From assembly GCA_029269845.2 (NCBI GenBank), contig CP149973.1, forward strand, positions 2,250,001 to 2,282,000: a stretch of 32,000 bases of DNA. The letters run 5' to 3'. How positions within the stretch are numbered: position 1 is the stretch's first letter; each line of letters starts with the position of its first letter. The position numbers and the translations under genes are program-made. This stretch comes from Opitutia bacterium KCR 482 (lineage in GTDB: Bacteria; Verrucomicrobiota; Verrucomicrobiia; Opitutales; Intestinicryptomonadaceae). A model generated the notes under the pieces. The model saw only the letters and a program-made list of their open reading frames with translations, did not search any database and had not been told where the DNA came from. Below are positions 1-7,931 of this stretch, piece by piece.

Positions 1-116
1 CCGCGATTTCCGCCGCGTCCAATTCCGCCGATATTTACAGGGTGCACGACGTGGCAAAAAACGCCGCCGCCCTCAAAACCGCAATGGAGATTTCAAAATG
101 GACGAAATTAAAATAG
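1..116 (+). CDS. folP: dihydropteroate synthase, C-terminal fragment (gene begins upstream of window)
   Basis: Frame 3 reads AISAASNSADIYRVHDVAKNAAALKTAMEISKWTKLK* (stop TAG 114-116). The RVHDV motif is typical of the DHPS C-terminus. The fragment lies directly upstream of folB-folK and overlaps folB. It is absent from the ORF track because it has no start codon in the window. Confidence 0.55.
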   Translation, partial: AISAASNSADIYRVHDVAKNAAALKTAMEISKWTKLK

Positions 117-472
117 ACAGAATCAGACTCAAAGGCAAACACGGCTGCTTTGCCGCCGAACGCGACGAATTCAGGGATTTCGAAGTGTCGCTGCGGCTCT
201 TTCTGCCGCTCGATACCGCCGCGAAAAGCGACGGGCTTGACGACACCGTAGACTATCCCGCGGCGATCGCAATCGCCGAGGGCGTGCTTGCGGGCGAGAG
301 CGTGCGGCTTGTGGAAAAGCTTGCCGACATGATTGCCGAGCGGCTGTTTACGCGCTTTGCAAACCTTCTCGAAGCGGAGGTCGAGGTCGCGAAATTGGGC
401 GTGGACATCGGCTACGACTTCGGGGGAATTTCGGTGAAAATCCGCAGAAAGAGGGGCGACTACATAAAATGA
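98..472 (+). CDS. folB: dihydroneopterin aldolase
   Basis: 124 aa, the right size for FolB. Begins MDEIKIDRIRLKGKHGCFAAERDEF.. and contains DDTVDYPAAIAIAEGVL, a FolB-like pattern. Sits between folP and folK. Its stop overlaps the folK start (ATGA at 469-472). Confidence 0.88.
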   Translation: MDEIKIDRIRLKGKHGCFAAERDEFRDFEVSLRLFLPLDTAAKSDGLDDTVDYPAAIAIAEGVLAGESVRLVEKLADMIAERLFTRFANLLEAEVEVAKLGVDIGYDFGGISVKIRRKRGDYIK

Positions 473-954
473 AAAACGCAAAACGCATAGTGCTGGCGTT
501 GGGTTCGAACGTCGGAAACCGCCGCGAAAACCTCGTGCGCGCGCTCGCGGAAATAGAGAATTTTGCGCGGATACTCTCGCGCTCCAAAATCTACGAGACC
601 GCGCCAGTGGGCTTTGCCGACCAGCGCGACTTCCTCAACGCTGCGGTTCTCTGCGAGACGCAGTTCGAGCCGCTGGATCTTCTCGAATTCTGCAAGTCGG
701 CGGAGGCGCGGCTGGGGCGGACAAAGACGTTTCCCAACGGCCCGCGCGAAATCGACATCGACATAATTTTCTACGAGGGACGCGCGTATTCCGACGCCGC
801 GCTCCAAATTCCGCACCCGCGATGGAGCGAGCGCGACTTCGTGCTTGCTCCGCTTGCCGACATCTTGGACTCTTTCGAGACCGACTTTTGTTGCGACGTC
901 GCGGGCGTGCTCGGCAGCGCGCCGAAAAAATACCAACCCTTTGCGGAGTTTTAA
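469..954 (+). CDS. folK: 2-amino-4-hydroxy-6-hydroxymethyldihydropteridine diphosphokinase (HPPK)
   Basis: 161 aa with LALGSNVGNRRENL, YETAPVG, REIDIDIIFY and IPHPRWSERDFVLAPLADI, which are classic HPPK motifs. Confidence 0.92.
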   Translation: MKNAKRIVLALGSNVGNRRENLVRALAEIENFARILSRSKIYETAPVGFADQRDFLNAAVLCETQFEPLDLLEFCKSAEARLGRTKTFPNGPREIDIDIIFYEGRAYSDAALQIPHPRWSERDFVLAPLADILDSFETDFCCDVAGVLGSAPKKYQPFAEF

Positions 955-957
955 GGC

Positions 958-1647
958 ATGGAAGAGGGCACTCTTTACGTTGTTGCGACGCCGATAGGCA
1001 ATCTGTCGGACATTTCCGAACGCGCTCTCGAAACGCTGCGCTCGTGCGATTTGGTCGCGTGCGAGGACACCCGCATTACGGGCGCGATGCTCAGGAAATT
1101 CGGAATCGAAAAGGAGATGTTCGTAAACGAGGATTCGCGCGAGCGCGGCGTTGCGCCGCTGCTTCTCGAAAGGCTCAAAGCGGGCAAAAACGTGGCTCTT
1201 GTAAGCGACGCGGGGACGCCGTGCATAAGCGACCCCGGTTTCAGAATAGTCCGCGCATGTCGCGCGTGCGGCGTGAAGGTAGTGCCGGTTCCCGGCGCGT
1301 GCGCGTTCGCCTCGGCGTTGAGCGCGTCGGGGCTGCCGAGCGATTCGTTTTTGTTCGTCGGCTTCCTCCCCGCAAAGACGGCGGCGCGGAAAAACTTTTT
1401 CGAAAAATACGCCGACTTCGGGCACACGCTGATATTCTACGAGTCGCCGTACAGGATTGAAAAATTCGTTGACGACGCCCTCGAAGTCTTCGGCGGCGAC
1501 CGCATCGTGTGCGTCGCCAAGGAGATTTCCAAAATGTTCGAACGCTTCTTTGTCGGCAGGCTCGCCGACGTTGCTGCGGAGCTTAAAAAATCGTCCACAA
1601 AGGGCGAATTTGTCGTGATTGTAGCCCCCGACGGATTCACGCTATGA
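958..1647 (+). CDS. rsmI: 16S rRNA (cytidine1402-2'-O)-methyltransferase
   Basis: 229 aa with LYVVATPIGNLSDIS, CEDTR, VSDAGTPCISDPG and FYESPYR, the RsmI/tetrapyrrole-methylase-fold signature. Confidence 0.92.
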   Translation: MEEGTLYVVATPIGNLSDISERALETLRSCDLVACEDTRITGAMLRKFGIEKEMFVNEDSRERGVAPLLLERLKAGKNVALVSDAGTPCISDPGFRIVRACRACGVKVVPVPGACAFASALSASGLPSDSFLFVGFLPAKTAARKNFFEKYADFGHTLIFYESPYRIEKFVDDALEVFGGDRIVCVAKEISKMFERFFVGRLADVAAELKKSSTKGEFVVIVAPDGFTL

Positions 1648-2519
1648 GCGGCGCGGTACTTGCAATAGACATCGGCTCGAACACGATAAAGTGCCTGCTC
1701 GGGCGCGTCGAAAACTGCGCGGTTGCGCGGCTCTACGAGCGCACCCTCGACAGGCGGATTATGGGAAGCGGCGCTCTTGTGCCGAACGCCGCAGACGTCG
1801 TTTCGGACTCCGTCTCGCTTTTCGTTCGCGAAGCCGCGGCGTTTGCGCCCTCTTTCAAAACAGTCGCCGTCGCGACCTCCGCCCTGCGCGACAGCCCCCG
1901 CAGGGGCGAAATTACCGCCGCCGTAGCCGAAAACACGGGCGTTGAAATCCGCGTGCTTTCGGGCGGCGAGGAGGCGCGGCTGTCGTTTTCCGGCGCGATG
2001 GGAGACCCGCTGGTAGACGCCTCCAAAAAATGCGCGTACTTCGATTTGGGCGGCGGAAGCATGGAAATCGTCGCGGGGCAAAACGGCGTCGTCGAACGCG
2101 CCCGAAGCCTGAATGTCGGGGCTGTGCGGCTCATGCGCGAATGCGCTTCGCCCGACGGATATTTCGAACGCGCCCGCGCGGAGTTTGCGGCGTCGCTTGC
2201 CGACTTCCCGAAAACCGAGCTGCTTGTCGGTGCGGGAGGCGCGGTCGTTGCGGCGCGTTTGATGAAGGCAAAGCTCGGTCTTTCGGGCGCGGAATACGAA
2301 ATTTCGCTTGATGACATCGAAAAATGCTACGCGGCGGTTCTGCCGCTTTCGGTCGGAGAGAGGGTCGAAAAATTCGGCATAAGCGCGGGCAGGGCGGACA
2401 TAATTCCCGCGGCGTTCGCGTGCATAATAGAGCTTATGCGCTCTCTCGGGAAAACCCGCCTTACGCACACTTTCTGCAATATCCGCTACGGAATTGTCCG
2501 CGCCGAATCGGCGTCGTGA
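1644..2519 (+). CDS. Ppx/GppA-family phosphatase (short, single-domain form)
   Basis: 291 aa with AIDIGSNTIKCLL, VAVATSALRDSPRR, GGEEARLSF and FDLGGGSMEIV, the ASKHA-fold Ppx/GppA motifs. Its ATG overlaps the rsmI stop (ATGA at 1644-1647). Confidence 0.85.
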   Translation: MSGAVLAIDIGSNTIKCLLGRVENCAVARLYERTLDRRIMGSGALVPNAADVVSDSVSLFVREAAAFAPSFKTVAVATSALRDSPRRGEITAAVAENTGVEIRVLSGGEEARLSFSGAMGDPLVDASKKCAYFDLGGGSMEIVAGQNGVVERARSLNVGAVRLMRECASPDGYFERARAEFAASLADFPKTELLVGAGGAVVAARLMKAKLGLSGAEYEISLDDIEKCYAAVLPLSVGERVEKFGISAGRADIIPAAFACIIELMRSLGKTRLTHTFCNIRYGIVRAESAS

Positions 2520-2619
2520 AATAATCCCAAAACGCATCGTTTTGCTATTGACTTTTGAAAATTCAGCTGGGAGCTTTTTTTTTCGTTAGGCAAACTATAG
2601 CAACAAAAGAGGATTGGAT

Positions 2620-3651
2620 ATGAAAAAACTGTTTCTTGCGGCGGCGTTTTTCGTCGCGTGTCTGGCGTCGGCGGCTCCACAAAAGGTGATATTCGACACC
2701 GACATCGGCAACGACGTGGACGACGCTCTCGCCCTTGCAATGCTCTACGACTACGAAGCGTCGGGGCGCGCGCAGGTGCTCGCGGTTCTGCTGAACAACC
2801 GCCACCCCGCGTCGATAGCGTTCACGAGCGTCATGAACAACTACTACGGCTTCGGAAAATTCCCCGTCGGCGTCTCTGCCGACGGAATTTCGAGCAAGGA
2901 CGGCAGGTACGCGGTAATCGTTTCCGACATGAAAAAGCCCGACGGAAGCTTTGCGTATCCGCGCTCGTTCGACGCGCAGAACAGGCCCGTAGACGCCGTG
3001 AAGCTCGCCCGCAAGGTTTTGAGCGAAAGCGAGGACGGGAGCGTTGTCTACATTTCGGTAGGATTTTCGACGAACGTAGTGAATTTGCTGTCGTCGCAGG
3101 CGGACGAGTATTCGAAGCTCGACGGAATTGCGCTTGTCGCAAAAAAGGTGAAGTATTTTTCGGTCATGGCGGGGCAGTTTGCCACATATCCGGACATTCC
3201 CAGGCTCCGCAACATGATGCCCGAATACAACATCAGGTTCGACCCTCCCGCGGCGCGGGCGTTCTTCGGAAAATCGCCCGTTCCGATTGTTTTCAGCGGC
3301 TTCGAAATCGGCGAAATTGTCAGATTCCCCAAAGAGGCCGTGCTTGAAAAATTGTCGGCGGAAAATCCGCTTGCGGTGGCGTATAAAAAGTACGCGGTGT
3401 CGCGCAAGACGGGCGAACTTTACGACACCTGCGCGTTCGACCTCACGAGCGTCCTGTATGTGTTCTCGCCCGAACTTTTCGAAATTTCCGAGGCGGGAAA
3501 TGTCGTTGTGGACGAAAAGAACATTTCCGTTTTCACTCCCTCAAAAGGCGGTCTGCACAAGTATTTGATTCTCCCGAAAGACGGCGCGAAGAAGATTTCG
3601 GAGGAGCTTGCCGCGCGTGTCGCAACCCTGAAACCGCAGGCGGAAAAATAG
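2620..3651 (+). CDS. secreted inosine/uridine-preferring nucleoside hydrolase family protein
   Basis: The track ORF starts at TTG 2614. I prefer ATG 2620 because the SD-like AAGAGGA (2607-2613) lies 6 nt upstream of it. It has an N-terminal signal peptide (MKKLFLAAAFFVACLASAAP) followed by the DTDIGNDVDDALAL aspartate cluster of IUNH enzymes. Confidence 0.85.
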   Translation: MKKLFLAAAFFVACLASAAPQKVIFDTDIGNDVDDALALAMLYDYEASGRAQVLAVLLNNRHPASIAFTSVMNNYYGFGKFPVGVSADGISSKDGRYAVIVSDMKKPDGSFAYPRSFDAQNRPVDAVKLARKVLSESEDGSVVYISVGFSTNVVNLLSSQADEYSKLDGIALVAKKVKYFSVMAGQFATYPDIPRLRNMMPEYNIRFDPPAARAFFGKSPVPIVFSGFEIGEIVRFPKEAVLEKLSAENPLAVAYKKYAVSRKTGELYDTCAFDLTSVLYVFSPELFEISEAGNVVVDEKNISVFTPSKGGLHKYLILPKDGAKKISEELAARVATLKPQAEK

Positions 3652-3704
3652 CGCGGCGCGGGAATTTTATTGTCGGCAGCCGAAATTAAATAAAACGGTT
3701 TTAG

Positions 3705-3738
3705 CGGACGGCGGAACTCGAACGCCGTCCGTTTTTTT
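3705..3738. terminator. rho-independent terminator between convergent genes
   Basis: 9-bp stem CGGACGGCG (3705-3713) / CGCCGTCCG (3723-3731) with a 9-nt loop and T7 (3732-3738). It is strong on the plus strand. On the minus strand the trailing sequence is only moderately T-rich. Confidence 0.7.
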
Positions 3739-3775
3739 GCGCCGAATTTACGCGCCGACTTCGGGCGCAGCGGGA

Positions 3776-4315
3776 TTATTCCTCCTCCGATTTTGTATGG
3801 CTGCTTTCGGCGGATTCGAGAATCGACGCGAAAATGTCGCACGGAATGTACAGAACCACCGCGACCAGCAGAAGCGTGTTCAGGAACAATGCAATCATAG
3901 AAATCACCCATGCGCTTCCCGACAGCTTGCCGTCGGAAAGATTTTGCGTAGTCCAGCACAGAATTGCCGAAAGCGAGCACACGTAAGCCGTGCATATATT
4001 GAAAATCGCAGTCGGCGGAATCCACGCGCCGACTTTCAGCTTTTTGTGGAAAGCCCCCAACGCCAGCGCGAGCAGCGCAAACACGATTTCTACTACGACT
4101 ATCGCCGCGGCAAGCCATTCAGCCGAAACGAAACTGTCGGCAACGCCGCTCCCCGAAGGGTGGAATCCCGCAGCTCCGCTCCCCGAAATGTGCAGAGCGA
4201 TTGGCTTGCCGATTTCCGCCATGTGCGAGAGTGTGCCGACTGCCGCGAGCGCGGAAACCGCCGCGGCGATTCCCGAAATTTTTGTGAATTTGCCTGTCGT
4301 TTTTCCGTCGTTCAT
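3776..4315 (-). CDS. small integral membrane protein (about 4 TM), unknown function
   Basis: 179 aa with four hydrophobic segments, an acidic C-terminal tail (ESAESSHTKSEEE), and coding-like composition unlike the overlapping shadow ORFs. Starts 18 nt downstream of the queA stop, so it is probably co-transcribed. Confidence 0.7.
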   Translation of the reverse strand: MNDGKTTGKFTKISGIAAAVSALAAVGTLSHMAEIGKPIALHISGSGAAGFHPSGSGVADSFVSAEWLAAAIVVVEIVFALLALALGAFHKKLKVGAWIPPTAIFNICTAYVCSLSAILCWTTQNLSDGKLSGSAWVISMIALFLNTLLLVAVVLYIPCDIFASILESAESSHTKSEEE

Positions 4316-4333
4316 GGCGTGCGGGGGAGGGGA

Positions 4334-5413
4334 TTACAAAATCAGCATGGCGTCGCCGTACGAGTAGAAATTGTACTCGCGTTCGATTGCCGCGCGGTAG
4401 ATTTCTTTGAGCTTTTCCACTCCGTCGCGCGAGTCTGGTTTGAGGAAGACCGCCACAAGGCACATGAGCGTGGAGCGGGGCAGGTGGAAGTTGGTAATCA
4501 TTGCGTCGGCGGCGCGAATGCGCTGGGGCGGGTAGACGAAAAGGCTTGCGCTGTCGAGCACGGGCTTTTCGGCGTCGAAGCCGTCGGGGTGCTTTCGTAC
4601 GAAGTCCTCCATTGCCCTCAGCGATGTCGTGCCGACGGCGAGCCTCGGCGCGGATTTGTCCGCCATGGCGCGGAGGGTTGCGGCGGGAATTTCGTAGATT
4701 TCGGCGTGCATTTTGTGCTCCTCCACAATGTCGCTTTTCAGCGGCTGGAAAGTGCCGATTCCGACGTGCAGGGTGAGGTCGAAAAATCTGTTCCCGCGCG
4801 ATTCGAGCGTTTTAATAAGCTCCGGGGTGAAGTGCAGCCCAGCGGTGGGGGCGGCGGCGGCGACGCGCTTGGAGGGGTCGGCGTAGACGGTTTCGTAGCG
4901 GCGGTTGTCGAAGTCGCGGTCGTAGTCGGGCGCGTGCTGGTCGCGGGCGATGTATGGCGGAAGCGGCACAACACCTATTCTTTCGCTGACGGAAACGACG
5001 CTTTCGCCGTTTGCGGTTTCGAAGTCTACAACGGCTCTGCCGTCGTCGAATTTTTCGGCGACGGTTGCGGTGAACGCGTTTTCGACACCGAAAGTCGCGC
5101 CGATTTTCAGGCGTTTTGCGGGTTTAAGCATGCATGTCCAGCGGTTCGGCGAGCCGCACGGGGTGAGCAGCAGGCATTCGACGTTTCCGCCCGTGTCCTT
5201 TTTCGCGAAAATGCGCCCTTTGAGGACGGCTGCGTTGTTCCTGAAAAAATTGAAGTTTGTTTTGAGGAATTTCGGGAGGTCGGCGAAATGCGCGTGCTCG
5301 ATTGTGTCCGACGCCCTGTCGTAGACGAGCAGTCGCGAGCCGTCGCGCTTTTCCGACGGAAAGCGGGCGATTCGTTCGGGCGGGAGCGTGTAGTCTAATT
5401 CTGACGAGTTCAT
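4334..5413 (-). CDS. queA: S-adenosylmethionine:tRNA ribosyltransferase-isomerase
   Basis: The track ORF extends to 5587 with an Arg-rich extension. The real start is MNSSELDYTLPPERIA at 5413. Motifs: PLPPYI, YETVYA, AAPTAGLHFT, AVGTTSLRAME, ITNFHLPRSTL and FYSYGDAMLI. Its ATG overlaps the stop of the upstream kinase gene (ATGA). Confidence 0.95.
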   Translation of the reverse strand: MNSSELDYTLPPERIARFPSEKRDGSRLLVYDRASDTIEHAHFADLPKFLKTNFNFFRNNAAVLKGRIFAKKDTGGNVECLLLTPCGSPNRWTCMLKPAKRLKIGATFGVENAFTATVAEKFDDGRAVVDFETANGESVVSVSERIGVVPLPPYIARDQHAPDYDRDFDNRRYETVYADPSKRVAAAAPTAGLHFTPELIKTLESRGNRFFDLTLHVGIGTFQPLKSDIVEEHKMHAEIYEIPAATLRAMADKSAPRLAVGTTSLRAMEDFVRKHPDGFDAEKPVLDSASLFVYPPQRIRAADAMITNFHLPRSTLMCLVAVFLKPDSRDGVEKLKEIYRAAIEREYNFYSYGDAMLIL

Positions 5414-6372
5414 TGTATTTGCGAAATTTGTTTTGCCTTTTCCGCCTTTTCTGGCGGGAGCGTGCCGACTCCGTCGCATTCGGCGCAGAGGGACGCGTAC
5501 GCGGCAGCGCGGCGGAGCGCGGTTTCGGGGGGCGCGGAATTTTCGTAAAGCTCGAAAATCAGCCGCGCGAACATTGCGTCGCCGCAACCCGTGGCGCGGA
5601 CTTCTCTTTCGATTTTCGGCGGCTCAACTTCGATTATCCCGTTTCCGAAGTCGGCGAGAATCGTGTTTGCGCCGTCGCTTACGATGAGCATTTCTGTGAA
5701 GTCGAAAAATTTTTCCCGCGCGGCTTTGAAGATTTTAAGAAATTTTTCCGCCGTGCCGTCGTCGGTTCTTTTCATAAGCCCGAACAGCTCGGCGCGGTTG
5801 ATTTTTACGAGGTCTATTTCCTCCCGCCGCGCAAAGTTGGAGAGCGGAAGCCCGTAGGTGTCTATGCAAAGCGGCATTTTTTTTACAAAACGTGGATAAT
5901 TGATAAGTTGCGTGTAGCCTATTTTCCACGCTGGGAAGCTGCCGCAGAACGCCAGAACGTCGCCTTTTCTTGCCTTGCGTATGATTTTGTTAGCGGCTTT
6001 TATTAAGGCTTTCTCCGGAACGGGAACGTCGGCTCCGAGGTATGTGGTGTTCGAGCCGTCGGCGGAATCGGTGCAGACAAGCCCTTCGCGCGTTTCGCCT
6101 TCGAGCCAAGCCGAGATTGTTGCTATCCCCTCGTTTTCGAGAGTTTCCATGCACCTTTTGCCCGTGAAGCCCGCGGGGAATACAACCGCCGTGGCGTCCA
6201 TGCCGAGCGACTTCGCCGCCCTTGCGACGTTCACGCCCTTGCCGCCCACGCGGAACATCGGCGAGCCTTTCGCCCGCGCCGTGCCGCCCCTTTGCGGGGT
6301 GTCGAAAACCGCGGACGTTTCGGCGAGCAGGTTGCCAGTGATTGTAAAAATTTTGCGCATTGTTTTAAGCAT
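5410..6372 (-). CDS. PfkB-family sugar kinase (1-phosphofructokinase / tagatose-6-phosphate kinase-like)
   Basis: The real product starts at MLKTMRKIFTITGNL (ATG 6372, alternative ATG 6360). The upstream part of the 440-aa track ORF is non-coding-like. Motifs: GGKGVNVARAAKSLG, LVKINRAEL and the C-terminal ATGCGDAMFA anion-hole motif. Confidence 0.85.
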   Translation of the reverse strand: MLKTMRKIFTITGNLLAETSAVFDTPQRGGTARAKGSPMFRVGGKGVNVARAAKSLGMDATAVVFPAGFTGKRCMETLENEGIATISAWLEGETREGLVCTDSADGSNTTYLGADVPVPEKALIKAANKIIRKARKGDVLAFCGSFPAWKIGYTQLINYPRFVKKMPLCIDTYGLPLSNFARREEIDLVKINRAELFGLMKRTDDGTAEKFLKIFKAAREKFFDFTEMLIVSDGANTILADFGNGIIEVEPPKIEREVRATGCGDAMFARLIFELYENSAPPETALRRAAAYASLCAECDGVGTLPPEKAEKAKQISQIQ

Positions 6373-6457
6373 GGGCGTTTTTTTTCGACACGCAAGAAAA
6401 ACGGTTGCAATGTACCCGCATTTTATGCGAAAGTGAAGAGTTGAATACTGAAAAACT

Positions 6458-7927
6458 ATGAAAATGAAAATTCTTATGGTATCGCCCGAATGCGCTCCCT
6501 TTTCGAAAGTCGGGGGGCTTGCCGATATGGTTTCGTCGCTTTCGAAGGAGTTTGCGGCGGACGGGTGCGAGGTAAAAATCTTTACTCCGCTGTATTCGTC
6601 GATAAAGCGCGGCTCTTCGTTCAAAAAGGAGATGGACAATCTCTCGGTCCACATGGGCTTGGGGATTGAGGAGTTCGCGTCGGTCTGGCGCGCGCCGCTC
6701 GGAAAGGCGGGCGTCCATTTTCTCGAATTCAACAGGTACTACGACCGCCCCGGAATCTACAACTACGGCGCGGTTTCGTACGACGACAACGGCGGACGCT
6801 TTGCATTCCTCTCCCGCGCGGCTATCGACTACTGCCTTTCCACGGGCTGGATTCCCGACGTCATCCACTGCCACGACTGGACGACGGGGCTTATCCCAGT
6901 ATATTTAAACACGACCCTCCGCGCCTCCGCGCTCGGACGCACCGCGACGGTCTTCACAATCCACAACCTGCAACATCAGGGCGTTTTCGACAGGGGCGTT
7001 CTCGAATACGCGGGCATTCCGATGTCTGAGTTCCGCGCCGATTCGTGCGAGTCTTACGGAAGCCTGAACATGATGAAGGCTGGCCTCTACAACTGCTCGA
7101 AAATCACGACGGTAAGCCCCACTTACGCCTCGGAAATCCGCACCCCCGAATACGGCTGCGGCCTCGACGGGCTTCTGCGCTTCCGCGCGGGCGACCTTAT
7201 CGGAATAGTAAACGGCGTGGACACCTCCGAATGGAATCCGAAGACCGACAAGTACATCGCCGCAAACTACACCGCGGACGACATGTCGGGCAAGGCGGCG
7301 TGCAAGGCTGCATTGCAAAAGCGCATGGGCTTGGCGGTGTCGGAAAAAACGCCCGTCTTCGGCGTGGTTTCGCGGCTCTTCGACCAGAAGGGGCTTGACT
7401 TGCTTGCCCGCATTGCGCACCCGCTTGTGAACAACATGGACGTCCAGATTGCGCTCTTGGGAAGCGGCGAGGGCTGGCTCGAAAACGCGTTCAATTCGCT
7501 TGCGGCGTCGAACGCGGGGAAAATCGGCGTGTACATCGGCTACGACAACGCGCTTTCTCACATGATAGAGGCGGGCTCCGACTTCTTCCTCATGCCCAGC
7601 CGCTTCGAGCCGTGCGGTCTCAACCAGCTTTACTCCATGATTTACGGAACTCTCCCGATTGTCCGCGCAACGGGCGGGCTTTTCGACACCGTCGAACAGT
7701 ACCGCGAGGGCGAGGGCAGGGGCAGCGGCTTCGTGTTCTCGGACGCTACCGCCGACGCGCTCTACAACACAATCGGCTGGGCGTGCTCCACTTGGTTCGA
7801 CCGTCCCGAAGACATCGCCGCAATGCGCCGCAACGCAATGGGCAGGGATTTCTCGTGGTCGAAATCCGCCGATAAATACGCGCAGGTCTACAAATGGGCG
7901 GTCGGCTCGCGTTCCGCCGCGTTCTAA
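6458..7927 (+). CDS. glgA: glycogen (starch) synthase, GT5
   Basis: 489 aa with ILMVSPECAPFSKVGGLADMV (the KxGGL motif), HCHDW, NGVDTSEWNP, PSRFEPCGLNQLY and TGGLFDTV. The start could instead be ATG 6464. Confidence 0.95.
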   Translation: MKMKILMVSPECAPFSKVGGLADMVSSLSKEFAADGCEVKIFTPLYSSIKRGSSFKKEMDNLSVHMGLGIEEFASVWRAPLGKAGVHFLEFNRYYDRPGIYNYGAVSYDDNGGRFAFLSRAAIDYCLSTGWIPDVIHCHDWTTGLIPVYLNTTLRASALGRTATVFTIHNLQHQGVFDRGVLEYAGIPMSEFRADSCESYGSLNMMKAGLYNCSKITTVSPTYASEIRTPEYGCGLDGLLRFRAGDLIGIVNGVDTSEWNPKTDKYIAANYTADDMSGKAACKAALQKRMGLAVSEKTPVFGVVSRLFDQKGLDLLARIAHPLVNNMDVQIALLGSGEGWLENAFNSLAASNAGKIGVYIGYDNALSHMIEAGSDFFLMPSRFEPCGLNQLYSMIYGTLPIVRATGGLFDTVEQYREGEGRGSGFVFSDATADALYNTIGWACSTWFDRPEDIAAMRRNAMGRDFSWSKSADKYAQVYKWAVGSRSAAF

Positions 7928-7931
7928 GGCA

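Noticed and set aside
460-2537. Long minus-strand ORFs (460-1425, 321 aa; 1437-2537, 366 aa) antisense to folK/rsmI/ppx
   Set aside because: Their composition is extremely Arg/Ala/Gly-rich with no motifs. They fully overlap well-supported plus-strand genes. They are typical shadow ORFs of GC-rich DNA.
2567-2584. AGCT-GGG-AGCT hairpin plus T9 run as a terminator for the ppx-like gene
   Set aside because: The stem is only 4 bp. The T-run may instead be part of the promoter or UP region of the downstream gene.
3737-5398. 553-aa plus-strand ORF antisense to the membrane protein and queA
   Set aside because: It has a low-complexity Arg/Gly/Val-rich translation that includes a poly-Gly run. The opposite strand encodes an unmistakable QueA.
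7659-7931. N-terminal extensions offered by the ORF track (SNF2 from TTG 7659; also 14624-14995, 17892-18026, 25081-25362, 5414-5587, 6373-6732, 11244-11315)
   Set aside because: The extensions overlap the preceding gene or intergenic DNA and translate to Arg/Pro-rich sequence. They precede obvious native N-termini (signal peptides or conserved first motifs), so the downstream ATG starts were used.
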